From Saprolegnia diclina VS20 (taxonomy: Eukaryota), in NCBI RefSeq assembly GCF_000281045.1, contig NW_008246080.1:620169-684168 (forward strand): DNA of 64,000 bases. The letters are read 5' to 3'. Made by a program: the position numbers and the translations under genes. Positions 1 through 13,904 of the stretch are shown one piece after another. Positions within the stretch are counted from its first letter, which is position 1. The number at the start of each line of letters is the position of its first letter. The notes beneath the pieces were generated by a model, which was given only the letters and a program-made list of their open reading frames with translations, was not told where the DNA came from and did no database searches.

Positions 1-888
1 TTTAACCAAACCGCTTCAAATGTACCTCTGGCATGTGCGGTACAGAAGACAAGTTGAACAGCATTGTATTGGTTTGCTCTGAACGAAGCGCTTTGTAAAC
101 GTCTAGCCAAACACAGTTAGCTACGATCGACAAGGGCGCACGAGTTGGCATTGGAGATGAACTTGTCGCTGAACGAACCTACCCACCGTGCCCAAGGACA
201 GGTAGTGAAATACTACAGTATATATAGGGACTCCTCTCAGCGCCGAGTGAGTTATCAATAACCCCTTAGCAACCTTGCGAGTTTAGAGCTCCGCCATGCA
301 GCTCCTCAGGTGTGACAGCCTCAATATACTAGTCAACTGCCCGTACATGAGCGCATAAAGCATTGTGGCAAGCGATGTTCCAGTGCCAATCTTGCGCCAA
401 ATCAGCCTAAATTCAACTGCACTGGAGGCACATCAACTAGAGTTAGTGTAGAGACAACACCATGTCGATGTATATGGAGGCGAATGCTGTCACGCCAGTT
501 TACATGCCGTACATTCGCTGCCGACTGGCGCCGTCGTGCGACGTGAAGCTGTGAAAGGAGGGTGCATCACGTCAGCGCGATTGGCGACGACCGTGCCTAC
601 GTCCTGTGTCTCGTCGGCGACCACCGATCGTCCTTGTCGTCTCGCGACTTCAGCGCGCGTCTGGCAGAACAAAACGACGAATTCGCGGATCTTTCTTTTT
701 GTCTCGACCAATCAAAACGCGCCATTCAAAATCGTTGCTTTTCACATTTTTCACATGTGAAAAATGACGCTCTTGGTGGTCGCGTGTCGCGGCGACGCAA
801 TCCGGTGCCGATATCCTGCGCATGTTTACGAGCCCTTGTCTCAGGCCGCGACGTTCGGCGTCCCATCGATAAATGGTCGTCCACGGAA

Positions 889-920
889 GCTCACTTTGCC
901 TTTTCCTCACTTTGCATTTT
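889..920 (+). promoter_or_regulatory. Two tandem oomycete Inr+FPR core promoter elements upstream of the START gene
   Basis: GCTCACTTTGCCTTTT (889-904) and CCTCACTTTGCATTTT (905-920) resemble the oomycete core promoter consensus GCTCAYTYBNNNWTTY and end 30 nt upstream of ATG 951. Confidence 0.6.
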
Positions 921-950
921 CCAAACCACCGCAGCAGCAACATATCGTCG

Positions 951-1592
951 ATGGACAAGTCCCAAACCAACCACTACCTCGACCTCGCCGACCAAAGCAT
1001 CTTTGACATCCTTGCCAAAGACGACGGCTCCGACAAGACCACCACCTGGACCCACGTCAAGGTCACCGACGGCGTCTCTGTCGACCGCGGTGTCAACGCC
1101 CACTCGCCCTGGAACGCCATCAAGGCCACGACCACGGTCCACTGCAGCGCCAACGACCTCGCGTCCAAGCTCAACGACCCACAGCAGATGCACATCTTTG
1201 ACGAGATGACCGACAACTGCCGCATCATCGAGGCGCTCAACCCGGCCGAGACCAAGACGATCCGGTATGTGCAGGCCAAGCCGGTGTTTCCGACGACGGC
1301 GCGCGACTTTCTTGTTGTGACGAGCGAGCAGCGCCTCGACGACGGGTCCATTGTCATTGGCACCAAGAGCGTCGAGCACGACAGCGTGCCGGTCGACAAG
1401 CATTTTGTGCGCGCGCACACGCACGTGTCGGGGTACATTGTTCGTCCGTTGACGCCGACGTCGTGCTCGGTGACGCTGATCGTGCACATGGACCTCGGCG
1501 GCTACATGCCGGCGTACGTGATCAACCTCTTGTCGGTGGCGTCGCCGATCCAGTTGCTGAAGCGGTTCCGCGTTCTGTACGGTCGTGCTTGA
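951..1592 (+). CDS. START/SRPBCC lipid-binding domain protein
   Basis: Intronless ORF MDKSQ...; START-like motifs 'PVFPTTARDFLV', 'FVRAH...SGYIVRP' and 'HMDLGGYMPAYVIN'. Confidence 0.85.
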   Translation: MDKSQTNHYLDLADQSIFDILAKDDGSDKTTTWTHVKVTDGVSVDRGVNAHSPWNAIKATTTVHCSANDLASKLNDPQQMHIFDEMTDNCRIIEALNPAETKTIRYVQAKPVFPTTARDFLVVTSEQRLDDGSIVIGTKSVEHDSVPVDKHFVRAHTHVSGYIVRPLTPTSCSVTLIVHMDLGGYMPAYVINLLSVASPIQLLKRFRVLYGRA

Positions 1593-2353
1593 GCAATGCT
1601 TCTCGCTTGATCGCCACGAATAGCAACACCCAATCTATGCAGTAGAACCTAGTTTATTTAACCTTGTATAATTCGTTCGCTTCTAGCGTTAACATCAACC
1701 CTCGACGGCTCCATCTCGATACTTGCACAATTCTATTTCGTGCAAAGGGCAGCGGAAGAGGTTTGGACTTGAAAATTGTACAAAAGTGACTTTGTCGTAG
1801 AAGCGAGATCGAGTCGCTGGCCGCATTTCCAGCCCATTTAGTTAGTTTACCCCGCCCGTCGCACGGCACCGCGACATACGGCAGGGTAGTCGCAAGCCGG
1901 CGCCCTGTCGACTATGAACGGTGAGACTCGTGTAGCCGCGGTTGGCTACCCTTCTCCCTTGACTATGTAGGCCTGTCATCGATCACTCCCCTTTTCAACG
2001 CCGCACTCAACGACGCCCACCTTGGTGCGCCCTCTGCCCTCGACCTGCACCAGTGCAGCAGCGTGGACGACGATGCAGCACCGAGTACCGAGATACTCCA
2101 GTCTCGCCAAGGAAATGCAGTAAGCGTCTTGAAGCTACACATGCGCTCGCGTCTCTGAGAAGCGCTACTGTCGAGACGACGCCGATGCCGATCTTATCCG
2201 CAACAACTGCACCGTTCTCTACAGGTGCTACCAAGCAAAGGGACAGCCAGCATGTTGCCAAATGGGCTACAGTGTCTATGATCAAGGGTATACTCGTATA
2301 AGAGATGCTATACCCTTGCTATGATGCAGCCAATATACGGTATCGTCAAACGT

Positions 2354-3860
2354 TTACGCCGAGGCGACGTCGCAGACGGTGGTCGTGAGTGTCGCGACAC
2401 CGCCTTCGGGCTTGCCTTGCACCTCGTTGACGACAGCGAGCACGGCTGCGATGAGCTCTTCGGGCTTTTCGTGCGGGATGTCGGTGCCCGGCACAATGCG
2501 GTGCGCGACCGACTCGCTGCTCACACCAAGCAGCGCACACTGGCCTTCGTTCCACGCGGCCTCCATGGCCGTCAGCATCGCCGGTTCGACGTCAGGCTCG
2601 AAGAGCATAGTCGCAAACATGTCCTTGGTCTCGTGCGAGAGCACAACGAGCGGCACCGCGAGCGTCGGCGGCGGCGACTGCAGAAAATGAGCTTCGGTGC
2701 GCGCAACGGCGTTGGCTTCGTGCGAAACACCGCGGCGGTGGGGCGGCGACGGCGCGAACGAGTCGACAAACAATCGCGCGTCCGGCGTGAAGCGCTGCGC
2801 GTTGCGCTTTTGCTGCATCCAATGCACGAGTCGGAGAAGACCCCAGTGCGAGTACCTACATGCAAGAAAACACTTGATACATTGAAAAAGACAGGCGGAT
2901 ACCGGAGCAGCGTGGCAGGGTTCTCTTCGCGCTTGGCCAAGGCCGCTTGGATCGCAGGCGCAATGGCGTCCATGCGGCCGCGCACCGACTCTAGCTCTCG
3001 CCGTGAGCCCAATTCGTAATGGCAAACCCATATGCAGGTACCGTGGAGGGCGTCGACCAAGACGAGACCGTCGCATTGCAGCGAGAGCGACGACGACGGA
3101 AGGTCCGCAGCGAGCTGACTGTCGTAGGAATGCATCAGTACAAAAGACGATCGAGACAGTAGATGCGGTCGTACCGCATGTTGTAGCCGCCGTTGCCGTG
3201 GCCGACGAGCACGAGCTGCTTGTTGGCGACGTCGAGCTGGGCAAGCACCGCCATGTACTCCTTGGAGATCTACGCAGCGCATGGTCACATGCAAAGCTGT
3301 AGCAGGATACAAGGTACCGTGTCAACGGACCGCGGGAGCGCACCGGGCGTCGAGTAGCCGAGGCCCGGGCGGTCGATCGCGATCACGGTCGCAAATTCAG
3401 CGAGCTAGAACGCACGGTAATGTCGATACGAGGTGTATATCGCGTTGCCTACCTTGGGCGCAACCTTTTCAAAGTCGAAGGACGTCTCGCCGGCGCTGCC
3501 ATCGAGAAGCACGACGACAGGCGACGTCGCGTGGCGGTAGACGCGCGTGTGAACACGACCGCTGTGGCCGTCGACGTCAATGTCGAGGAGCTCACCCGGC
3601 GGCGTCAGCGGATGCATATGCTTGTAGTTCTCGACCACATAGCCGCCAATGAGCGTCGTGCCCGTGATGAACGTCACCGTCTACGACGCCGATATCACAC
3701 ACGATTGCTTTGGGATGTGCGGACGTACGCCAAAGAGGAGCTTGGCGACCTCCTTGGCCTCGTTGGCGACAAACGACCCCGTGACCTTGAAGCCTTGGGA
3801 CGGCGGCGCCTGGCTAGAGAAGGCGCGAAGCGGCGCGCGGCGAACGATGCGACGCAGCAT
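2354..3860 (-). CDS. Alpha/beta-hydrolase-fold protein, probably mitochondrial, multi-exon
   Basis: N-terminus MLRRIVRRAPLRAFSS looks like a transit peptide; 'PPGELLDIDVDG', 'PVVVLLDG', 'LVLVGHGNGG', 'VPLVVLS', 'PHEKPE' follow the hydrolase fold order across several short introns. Confidence 0.7.
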
Positions 3861-3951
3861 GGTACGCGGTGGTGCAAAGTCGCAAAAAAACAGACTCGAA
3901 AACGAGTGGCACAAATGTTGGAGTTAAAATGACCAAATAAAAAATAAAAAC

Positions 3952-4024
3952 AGTCCTTGACGGGACTCGAACCCGCAATCTCCGCCTTCGGAGAGCGATG
4001 CCTTATCCATTAGGCCACAAGGAC
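3952..4024 (-). tRNA. tRNA-Arg (anticodon CCG)
   Basis: Reverse complement GTCCTTG TGGCCTAATGGATAAGGC A TCGCT CTCCGAA GGCGG AGATT GCGGG TTCGAGT CCCGT CAAGGAC T forms a full cloverleaf, followed by T-runs (Pol III terminator). Confidence 0.95.
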
Positions 4025-4539
4025 TTGCTTGAAAGGCGTCGGAAACAATACTAGTATCAAATTGCCACTTTTTCTGCTACAGGTAGCATGGGTCATGACC
4101 AAGGGATATAATAATCCCTTGGTCATGACGTAGTAGGATGCGAGTCTCGTCGTCAACTGCTTGATCTTTACTCGTATCGTAGTGTAATTCTTGGCGTAAT
4201 TCTTCGGTCTCTTGCGTGATGGATCTCTGCTGAATACCGGTATTTGTGTTTTGTAGTTCATCGCAGAGTTGCCAGCAGTGCCAGGGGATCTGTTGCTTGT
4301 TTGACGCGTGGGTGTGTGAATGACCAGCTACCTTTTCGCAGCAGGACTCGCCAATAGACGTCGTATTCATGAGATTTCCTTTATAAATAAGACGCAGGCG
4401 TTGAAGAGGCGTTTTGGCGCCAATTTGGCCCAATCACATGTCGTGAATCCGAAAAGCGGCCGTTGCCCAAGATGGCGCATTCACGGTCGCCTTGCTCGTA
4501 GCGCCAGGCATTACCGAGTCGGTGCATTCCCGCGCACGC

Positions 4540-5869
4540 ATGAGCTCGCCGACCATTCAGCCGCGGAGTGCGCCACCGCCAGCCCCCGTGGGTCAAGATC
4601 GCATGAATTGGCTCGCGGGCTTCAAGCCCAACAAAAAAGGCGGCCTTGTGTTTGACGACAAGGTTGTTCTAAAGAAACAGCAAGGCGTCGTCAAGGATGT
4701 CATGGTGCAGCTGGGCGCGCAGCTCCTGAGCGGGAAGCTTGCGGTGCGGCTCTCGCTTCCAATCCGCGTCTTTGAGCCGCGCTCGCTTCTCGAGCGGGTC
4801 GCGGAAGCCTGGTACCACAATATGTCCTCATGCATTCCTGACCTCCTATGTCTAGGTCGTATGCACCAACGTATTTAACCAAGGCCGCGACAACCATGGA
4901 CGCCATCGAGCGTCTGACGAATGTCATGGCGTTTGTCGTCAGCGGTCTGCACTGCTGCGTCAACCAAAACAAACCATTCAACCCGATCTTGGGCGAAACG
5001 TACGAGAGCAGCTTGCACGACGGCACGCTGATCTACATGGAGCACGTACAGTACGTGCTTGGATCCGGTCGACGCTCCTCTATACGCTACATAGGCACCA
5101 TCCGCCGGTCGCGGCGTTCCTTGTCCTCGGGCCCAAAGAATCGTACTCGCTCCACGGGCGGTACGAATTCGAGTCGTCCATGTCGGGCAACACGATCACC
5201 AATTTCCAAGTATTTTCAAAGAAGACACTTTGACTTTGTGCAGCCAAATTGAACAAATATGGTAGAACGGCACGACCACGTTCGAGTGTCCCAACGGCAA
5301 AGTCAAATATGAAGTGCCGCAGCTCAAGGTTGACGATCGCCAGTGCATCATCACGCATCGATCCATGGGTGATGGTAGATGGGAGGCGTCATGCTCGGCG
5401 ACCGTCTCGTCGAGTGGACAGGCGTCGCACGGTTTGCCGACGCGACAGCCGGCCTCGGCGGCTCGCTGGACTTTGACGGGAACGATGGCATTTTTGGCCG
5501 GTCGGCCGGCGACGACATCAAAGGATCGATCCACAACCTCAAGGTACCGTCCGGCGCGCGTTCAAAACTCAACTTGGTGTCTAGAAGGGCACCAAGCCCA
5601 GCGTCCACATCAAGATCCAAGGCTCGTGGCTCTCACAGCTACGGTTCGACGGCAACGTCGTCTGGGACGTGACGACGGCGCCGGTCGCGCTGCCAGTACC
5701 CGTGCCAGTTGCGCTTCCGTCCGACTGCCGCTATCGCGACGACCTCATCGAACTCCGCGCCAACGACATCGAGAAGGCCCAGGCGAGCAAACTTCGCTTG
5801 GAGGAGCTCCAGCGAAATGACAAGAAGCGGCGTAGTGAAAAGCCAAAATCGACGAAAAAGACCAAATAA
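4540..5869 (+). CDS. Oxysterol-binding protein (OSBP/ORP family), multi-exon
   Basis: Motifs 'LSLPIRVFEPRSLLER', 'KPFNPILGETY', 'EHV..HHPP' (split by an intron), 'LPSDCRYRDD' and 'KLRLEELQR'. Confidence 0.9.
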
Positions 5870-5920
5870 TGGCGCAAGACAGGTCTTATTACAAACGTAT
5901 TCTTGGAGGCCATAACTCTT

Positions 5921-7150
5921 TTACTGCGACTTGGCAAACGCCTCGACCTTGACGGCGTCTTCCTCGGCCGCGTGCTGCTGCGCGAATTGCTCAATGCACG
6001 AGATCGCGAAGAAGCCCATAAAGGCCACCATGACGAGCGACCCGAGCTGCGAGATGAGGCTCGAGCTTCCCTCGGCGCCCGTCTCGTGGGCAAGCTTGGC
6101 CGAGTCCGACGCAGCGTGGAACTTGTTGCGGCATTCAAGGAGAAAGTCGCTGACCTTTTGGTCGAGCGCCCACGACGTTGGCGTGACAGCGCCGATAAAC
6201 TGCTCAATCTGCTTCATGTGCGCGTCCGTGAAGATCGTGATGAAGAACGCGGCCTGCATGTTGACCTTGATGAGCGCCTTCCCGATGAGCGTCGCGCCAA
6301 AGAAGGTCCAGAACGGCATTAAGAAGTGGCCGCAGCAAATACCACAGAGGTCGAACGCCATGTTGGGCCACGCCGACATGAGGAGGACACCCCAAAAGCC
6401 GTGGCGCTGGAGGAACCCGATCATCCAGTCCTTCATACGGTTCATGACGTTGTACTCGGACGACGACTCGGCGATTTCCTCAAACTCTTCGTTGCGCTGG
6501 CCAGCGAGGCGCGCGGCGCGGCTGAGAGCATACGGCGGGATCTCGCCCATGGCCGTGCCCGCGCCCCAGAGCATGCTTGGGAGAAAGACCTTGAGAAAGA
6601 TCTTGGCAAACGTCACCGAGCTCGATGCTGGCACGCTCGCGCAGTTGGCTTCAAACGACCGGAACCACGTGTGGTGGAACGTGTCAAAGTCGAGCGACTG
6701 GCAGATCTCGGCGCCCTGCACGACGAGGAAGATGTGCGGGAAGAGGAAGAGAATGCCCGAGTGCATGCCCGTGCCAAGGCCCACGGACGAGAGCACGCCG
6801 AGCCCGACCCACCACACGACAAACTCGACGTACGTGTTGAACTGGGCCAAGAGCACTTGGTGCTCGCCGTCGGTCTTGGTCGCGCCGAGCCAGATCAAGA
6901 AGAGCGGCAGCGCCACGAAGCGCGTAACGTTGTGCTGCACGAGGTAGATGGCAAACCACTTGAGAAAGCCGACAAGGACGATCGAGAAGTGGTAGAGCAC
7001 GGCGAGCGGCCGGCGAAAGAGCGTGAGCTTCTTGCGCTGCTCGCGGAGCTCGGCCTCATACGCGACGACGGCCGGGCTCTTGGCGTCGGCGGCCGGCGGC
7101 ACGGCCTTGGTGGCGTTGGCGGGCGTCGACTTGGCTGCCTTCTTAGCCAT
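5921..7150 (-). CDS. VMP1: Vacuole membrane protein 1 (VMP1/TMEM49, VTT/DedA domain)
   Basis: 'WWVGLGVLSSVGLGTGMHSGILFLFPHI', 'WGAGTAMGEIPPY', 'PNMAFDLCGICCGHFLMPFWTFFGATLIGKA'; start taken at MAKKAAK. Confidence 0.93.
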   Translation of the reverse strand: MAKKAAKSTPANATKAVPPAADAKSPAVVAYEAELREQRKKLTLFRRPLAVLYHFSIVLVGFLKWFAIYLVQHNVTRFVALPLFLIWLGATKTDGEHQVLLAQFNTYVEFVVWWVGLGVLSSVGLGTGMHSGILFLFPHIFLVVQGAEICQSLDFDTFHHTWFRSFEANCASVPASSSVTFAKIFLKVFLPSMLWGAGTAMGEIPPYALSRAARLAGQRNEEFEEIAESSSEYNVMNRMKDWMIGFLQRHGFWGVLLMSAWPNMAFDLCGICCGHFLMPFWTFFGATLIGKALIKVNMQAAFFITIFTDAHMKQIEQFIGAVTPTSWALDQKVSDFLLECRNKFHAASDSAKLAHETGAEGSSSLISQLGSLVMVAFMGFFAISCIEQFAQQHAAEEDAVKVEAFAKSQ

Positions 7151-7955
7151 CGTGAGCTCGAAGTTGACAAAGCAAGTCTGTCCACACCTCAGGGGTAACC
7201 AACTTCCTCTTCCGTCATCATCGCAGGAGCCAATCAAAAAGTGACGTTTCATTATTTTTGAATCAATTGGCCAATGGAAATCGCGCAAATCGAAAGATTG
7301 CACCAATCCGAGACGCACACTGCCGGGGCGACGCGACGCTACCGACCGATTCGCGATTATGAGACTCGACGAAGACGCGCAAGCACGACCTGCTCTATGC
7401 AACGCGTGACCTCGTGGCTGGTAAACGCCTGCCATGTATATACGTGTACATTGCAGAATGCATTCAAATGTGCAATATTGTCCTCTCGCTTCCTTGAGAA
7501 ATATCCATTTCACCAGCGTCGAGCAACTCTGTCCAAGGTGTTTTTGGCGCCAAGAGAAGAACGCGAGTTATTGTCTGTCCCTTCAACAAAAAGTCGGCTT
7601 CCTTGTTCCTCCGCGTCCGAGAAAAAGAAGAAATAGCAGGTACAGTCAGGTACAGTCGTCGTCTCTCTCGCCCGCGAACCCTCCCGACTTGAAATATTAC
7701 AACCAAGATCAAAGTCGAGCACGAGTCGGCGCTGCATCCTCAAATGTGCATCGTGGAAAGGCTGCAGTGATCTCTGCCGCGTATCAGCTTGATCAACACA
7801 GTATCCAAGGCTCACTGGTGTGCCAACTCCTTTTTCCTCAAAGAGACAGCGTCTCCGCGCCGCCCCCTTTTTCTGACGCTTGCGAGACCCTTGTGCTGTC
7901 TCGTGCGTCGACTGAACCCGATAAGAGTGTCGTACGCATCGTCTGGTAGCATTGA

Positions 7956-8636
7956 TTACGCCCGAGCTAAACTGCTCTTCGTAATGCCATACTTACTCAG
8001 CTGCGTCGTCCACGCGACCAGAAAGTGCCTTAGAAAGAGTTGCAAGAGCGGTAGCGGGAGATGGTCGGCCACATACACGAGGCCTTGGGCGCGACCTTCC
8101 GCGTCGAGCGCGTCCTTCCAGGCCAGGGGCTGCCACTCGAAGAGGCACTCGAGCAAGCGACTGCAGTCGGTGTGGACGTACTCGATGTCGCCGACCACTT
8201 GCAACTGCTGCTGGTGGCTTGCCGAAGCGCGCAGTGAAGCGATGACCCACGACACGACGCGCTCCAAGCCATCGTCCGACGACGTCCCGCTGTGCGTGAC
8301 CAGTTGCCACATGCTCAATAGACTGCGCGCTTCCTTGATGTACGCAAAGTACGATGGCACAGGGTGCTTGAGCGTACGTTCGTCCGCGATCACGGCGCGC
8401 ACGAGGGATACGAGGTCCGATATCCTGAAGTGACCGTCCACCGGCGCCTCTTGGAATCGCCAGTTCCACTCCAGTAGCAAGCCCACATGCATGAGGTCGA
8501 CGCTCGTGAGTGGAGCGAGGCCATTGCCGGCGGCGAGCGCTTGGACTTCGTGGAGCAAGAGGAAGGGACGGTCGGCCTCAGCCTCGGGCTGGACAGCTCG
8601 ACAGAGCTTTTGGACGAGCGCGTCGACATTGTCCAT
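7956..8636 (-). CDS. Hypothetical protein (about 226 aa)
   Basis: Open frame from MDNVDALV with GC3-rich codon usage like neighbouring genes; no recognised motif. Confidence 0.6.
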   Translation of the reverse strand: MDNVDALVQKLCRAVQPEAEADRPFLLLHEVQALAAGNGLAPLTSVDLMHVGLLLEWNWRFQEAPVDGHFRISDLVSLVRAVIADERTLKHPVPSYFAYIKEARSLLSMWQLVTHSGTSSDDGLERVVSWVIASLRASASHQQQLQVVGDIEYVHTDCSRLLECLFEWQPLAWKDALDAEGRAQGLVYVADHLPLPLLQLFLRHFLVAWTTQLSKYGITKSSLARA

Positions 8637-8862
8637 GGCTATAAGTCGTTGGATGTGACAATAAGATTTGATAGCACCAAGAAATGAAGAAACGGTCGAC
8701 GACTTTGCAGTGCAAAGTGGGCACTGCAGTGGAAAGACGACGAATCCAACCACGAAATTTCGAATTCGAAGGCGAGAAAGATCGGTGTTTGAGTTTGAGG
8801 TTTGGAGTTTGGTCGTATCCGGATGCCCGGCCGCCGTTTGCGGACACGTGCCAATCGAGGTC

Positions 8863-9526
8863 ATGGCAAAGCAAGCGATCCATGCGGGGCGGCGCGCCTT
8901 CAAGCACCAAGGTAGAGCATGAGGATGCGCGCGGGCTCATGGGCGCATATGCTAGGCCAAGTGATCTACGAGTGGGAGCAGTCGCTTGAAGAGGTCAACA
9001 TCTTCATCAAGCCGCCGCCGGGCGTGACCGCGAGCCACTTGCTCTGCACGATCGCGCCCAGCCACGTCATGCTGGGCATCAAGGGCAACGCCGAGCGCTA
9101 CCTCGACGTATCTGCATATATGATAGGTGCCATGGTATCTGACGCTACGTGTAGCACGAGCTGACGAGCCAAGTCGTCGTGGCCGAGAGCTACTGGATGC
9201 TCGGTAGGCCGTCGTCCTCCATAGGATGATCCCATCGCATCGAGTAGACGGTGGCGAACTCAACATCAACTTGCAAAAGATGAAGAAAGGCTTGACGTGG
9301 GACGCGGTGTTTGTCGGCCACGGCGAGGTACGCTGGCGTTGCTGCGACGAGGCGTCTAGTAGCGACATTGGTGTAGCTGGACCCGCTGACAAAGGACGAA
9401 GTGCAAAAGAAGCTGCTGCTCGAGCGCTTCCAGCAGGAAAACCCGGGTTTTGACTTTTCCAACGCCGAGTTCAACGGGTCCGCTCCGGACGCACGCACGT
9501 TTATGGGCGGCGTCCGCTACAACTAA
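8863..9526 (+). CDS. NudC-family CS-domain co-chaperone (NUDCD2-like), multi-exon
   Basis: '[14 protein letters not shown]', 'ESYWML', '[22 protein letters not shown]' across short introns. Confidence 0.88.
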
Positions 9527-9820
9527 CACTTGGACATGAGGCCCATTCCGCTGCTCGATGAGTGTGAATTGGATAATTGAATTTTCGTTTACATACAATA
9601 TATTGATGTTGCAATATATTGATTTTGCATAATTGTCCTGAATAATGGCACCAACAATACGTTCTCTTCTTCTCTTGGTTGCTGACATTCATGTAGACAC
9701 GTGTGTTGGCTCCCACAAGTTATGCGCTAACTACAGTAGTTATCCCACGACCTAGGAACAGTATCAAGTTGATAGAAAACCCACAGAGATAGTAAAACGG
9801 ACACTAGTCGGTGGTTTCGA

Positions 9821-11586
<1,766 letters not shown>

Positions 11587-11680
11587 CGCCCCTGTACTGC
11601 ATGGAAAACACCACGGGTGGCAACAAGACAATATTATCCATACATAGCAAATAATGCGAAATTTGTTCATTTTTTTCTGT

Positions 11681-12982
11681 TTACGGCTTGACGGGGCTCT
11701 TGAGCCGGCCGTGCTTGAGCTCAATGAGGTTGTCACCTTGGGTTTTGGGCGACGGTTCCATCGCTGTGGCACTACTGACAGCGTTGACATTGACCGGGAG
11801 ACTCAGCGCCAGTGCCGCGCGGTTGGCCTTGACCAACGATGCACCCGGCACAACGACCGCTGGGGAACTCGACCGGAAGATGTTGGCACTTGTGCGCTGC
11901 TTGGTTTTGCATGGCGACACCGCGACAATGTGCGACTCGGCCGAGCTTCCGTCGTTGTTAGCATCGTCGTCGTCGGTCATTGGGCGCTTGGCAAGCCACA
12001 TTTTCTTCTCGATCGACTCCATGTACTGCTGCTGCGGGCCAATGACGCTGCCGGCGCGACAGAGGCGCAGCCACCCAATGCACTCTTTGGCCGAGAACTT
12101 GTCGTGCTTCATAATGTACGCGCCAATGCATGTGCCCGTGCGCCCGAGGCCGGCCTTGCAGTGCACCGCGACCGCGCCGCGCGTGGCTTCGCAGGCTTGG
12201 ATGAACTGGAGCAAAATGGCCTCGGGCGGGTTGCCACCGTCAGGGTAATAGAGCTCGAGGTGGTCAATCCCTGCGTCAAGGAACCGCTTCTCGTCGTAGA
12301 GTTTTTCGTTGAGCCGGACGACGAGCGTCACGTTGTGCGCTTTGAAGTACGGAAGATAATGCTCGGGCGTGAGCGAGATGTACCCTTCGATCGTTTGCTT
12401 GTACTCGTCGTACGGGCCCGCAAACGCAATGAACTTTGGCGAGAGCCAATTCAAATCGCCGTGCTCGACTTGTTCGTAGTGCTGGTATTCTTCAATGTTG
12501 AAGGTCTCGGGCGATAGGTACTTGCACGACAGCGCCTTCTCGAGGCCGCGCAAACAGTCGAGCACCGTGAGCTTGAAGAGGCAAATGGACGGCGTCGCAT
12601 CGTGAAAGCTGGGCAGCGCGAGGCCATGGAACGGCGCAAAGGCGTCCACCGCCGACATGCCGTTGAAGAGGATGCCCCAGCAGCCCAAGAGACAGATGGC
12701 ATTCGCGCGCCGCTTGCCATCGTGGGCCGAGTAAAACACAATTTCTTTGGACGACGCCTTGGCTTTTGCCACTTCGTGGTTGAGAATGTGGCAAAATTGA
12801 AAGGTTTGGCCGAGGTTGAGGGGGCCAAAGTCGAGGTAGAAATTGGCATACAAGAGCTGCTTGTCAATGGAAAACACGGTGCGGGACGGGCTCGGGCGCG
12901 GCACCTCGGTGTCGCGGACCGCCACGTAATAGAGAAGCCCGGGGACGAACGGCACTGCATCCGGCAAGGTTCCTGTGTCCAT
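11681..12982 (-). CDS. CDC14: Cdc14 dual-specificity phosphatase
   Basis: 'FYLDFGPLNLG', 'HGDLNW', 'VVRLN', and catalytic 'VHCKAGLGRTG', 'GSVIGPQQ'; intronless. Confidence 0.95.
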   Translation of the reverse strand: MDTGTLPDAVPFVPGLLYYVAVRDTEVPRPSPSRTVFSIDKQLLYANFYLDFGPLNLGQTFQFCHILNHEVAKAKASSKEIVFYSAHDGKRRANAICLLGCWGILFNGMSAVDAFAPFHGLALPSFHDATPSICLFKLTVLDCLRGLEKALSCKYLSPETFNIEEYQHYEQVEHGDLNWLSPKFIAFAGPYDEYKQTIEGYISLTPEHYLPYFKAHNVTLVVRLNEKLYDEKRFLDAGIDHLELYYPDGGNPPEAILLQFIQACEATRGAVAVHCKAGLGRTGTCIGAYIMKHDKFSAKECIGWLRLCRAGSVIGPQQQYMESIEKKMWLAKRPMTDDDDANNDGSSAESHIVAVSPCKTKQRTSANIFRSSSPAVVVPGASLVKANRAALALSLPVNVNAVSSATAMEPSPKTQGDNLIELKHGRLKSPVKP

Positions 12983-13487
12983 GGCAGCCGAAAATGGCAA
13001 TTGAATATGGCTCATGCGTGTCAACGCGCCACAATTCTATTTTTATCCAATCATCGATATACAACGGCGGGCTTTCCGCCAATCATACATCGACCATGGT
13101 GGCATTTCAGCCAATGAATGTGGACGATATCTATTTCGATCCAAGTGCAGTTGAAGTGCTGGCAACTCGAGCGGCTGGCGTCGGATCTATGTCCCGTATA
13201 TATCTATTATTCGGTTAGCAATATTACTTGTACCGGTACACGCTCAAGATGCTAACGCCAGTCGCCAGTGGCTTTGGAAAGGCCCATCGCTGGCGACATG
13301 CCATCTCGCCACGGAACGTTCGTCGGCGCCGACCACGCGCATCTCCTACCGGAGCCAACGTCCGAGACACATGTGCACTTCCGAATCGATCGAAGCCATG
13401 GCCCCAGTACGGTTCGCCATACATGCGTCGCGGGCGCTCGAGGCCACGAGTGCGCTTACGCATGTGCGCCGACGACAGCACCACATT

Positions 13488-13904
13488 ATGAACCGTTCGA
13501 TGCTCGAAATGCTGCCAACCACGATCAACACGACGGCTGCCTCAATACGCAACGACACGGGCGGCTCGACGATCACGAGCGACTCGGTGCCGCTGAGTGC
13601 GCCGTTCTGCAACCCCGTGGCCTGTCAGCTCTTGAGCGTCGTTGCTGTTGTCGGCGTAGTCGCGATCCTCCTCGCCATGGTCTGGCAAGTCTACCAGCGC
13701 CACCTCTTCAAGCGCGAGCGCCTTCGGTTCCAAGAACGCGAGACGGAATTGCGCACGGCCATGGAGTACATTGAGAGCTCTCGGAGCCTCCACTCCAACC
13801 GGAGTGGCACGGCGTCCGACCAGAGCTGGGTCGCGTCCGAGCGCAGCTGGGTACCGCCCGCGAATGCACGACCATGTGACGACACGGCGATGCTCGAGCC
13901 ATGA
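13488..13904 (+). CDS. Small single-pass membrane protein
   Basis: Ser/Thr-rich N-terminus, hydrophobic 'LLSVVAVVGVVAILLAMVW', basic post-TM segment; start uncertain. Confidence 0.55.
   Translation: MNRSMLEMLPTTINTTAASIRNDTGGSTITSDSVPLSAPFCNPVACQLLSVVAVVGVVAILLAMVWQVYQRHLFKRERLRFQERETELRTAMEYIESSRSLHSNRSGTASDQSWVASERSWVPPANARPCDDTAMLEP

Noticed and set aside
1..490. Lower-GC segment at the window start
   Set aside because: No ORF, repeat or RNA structure that I could support.
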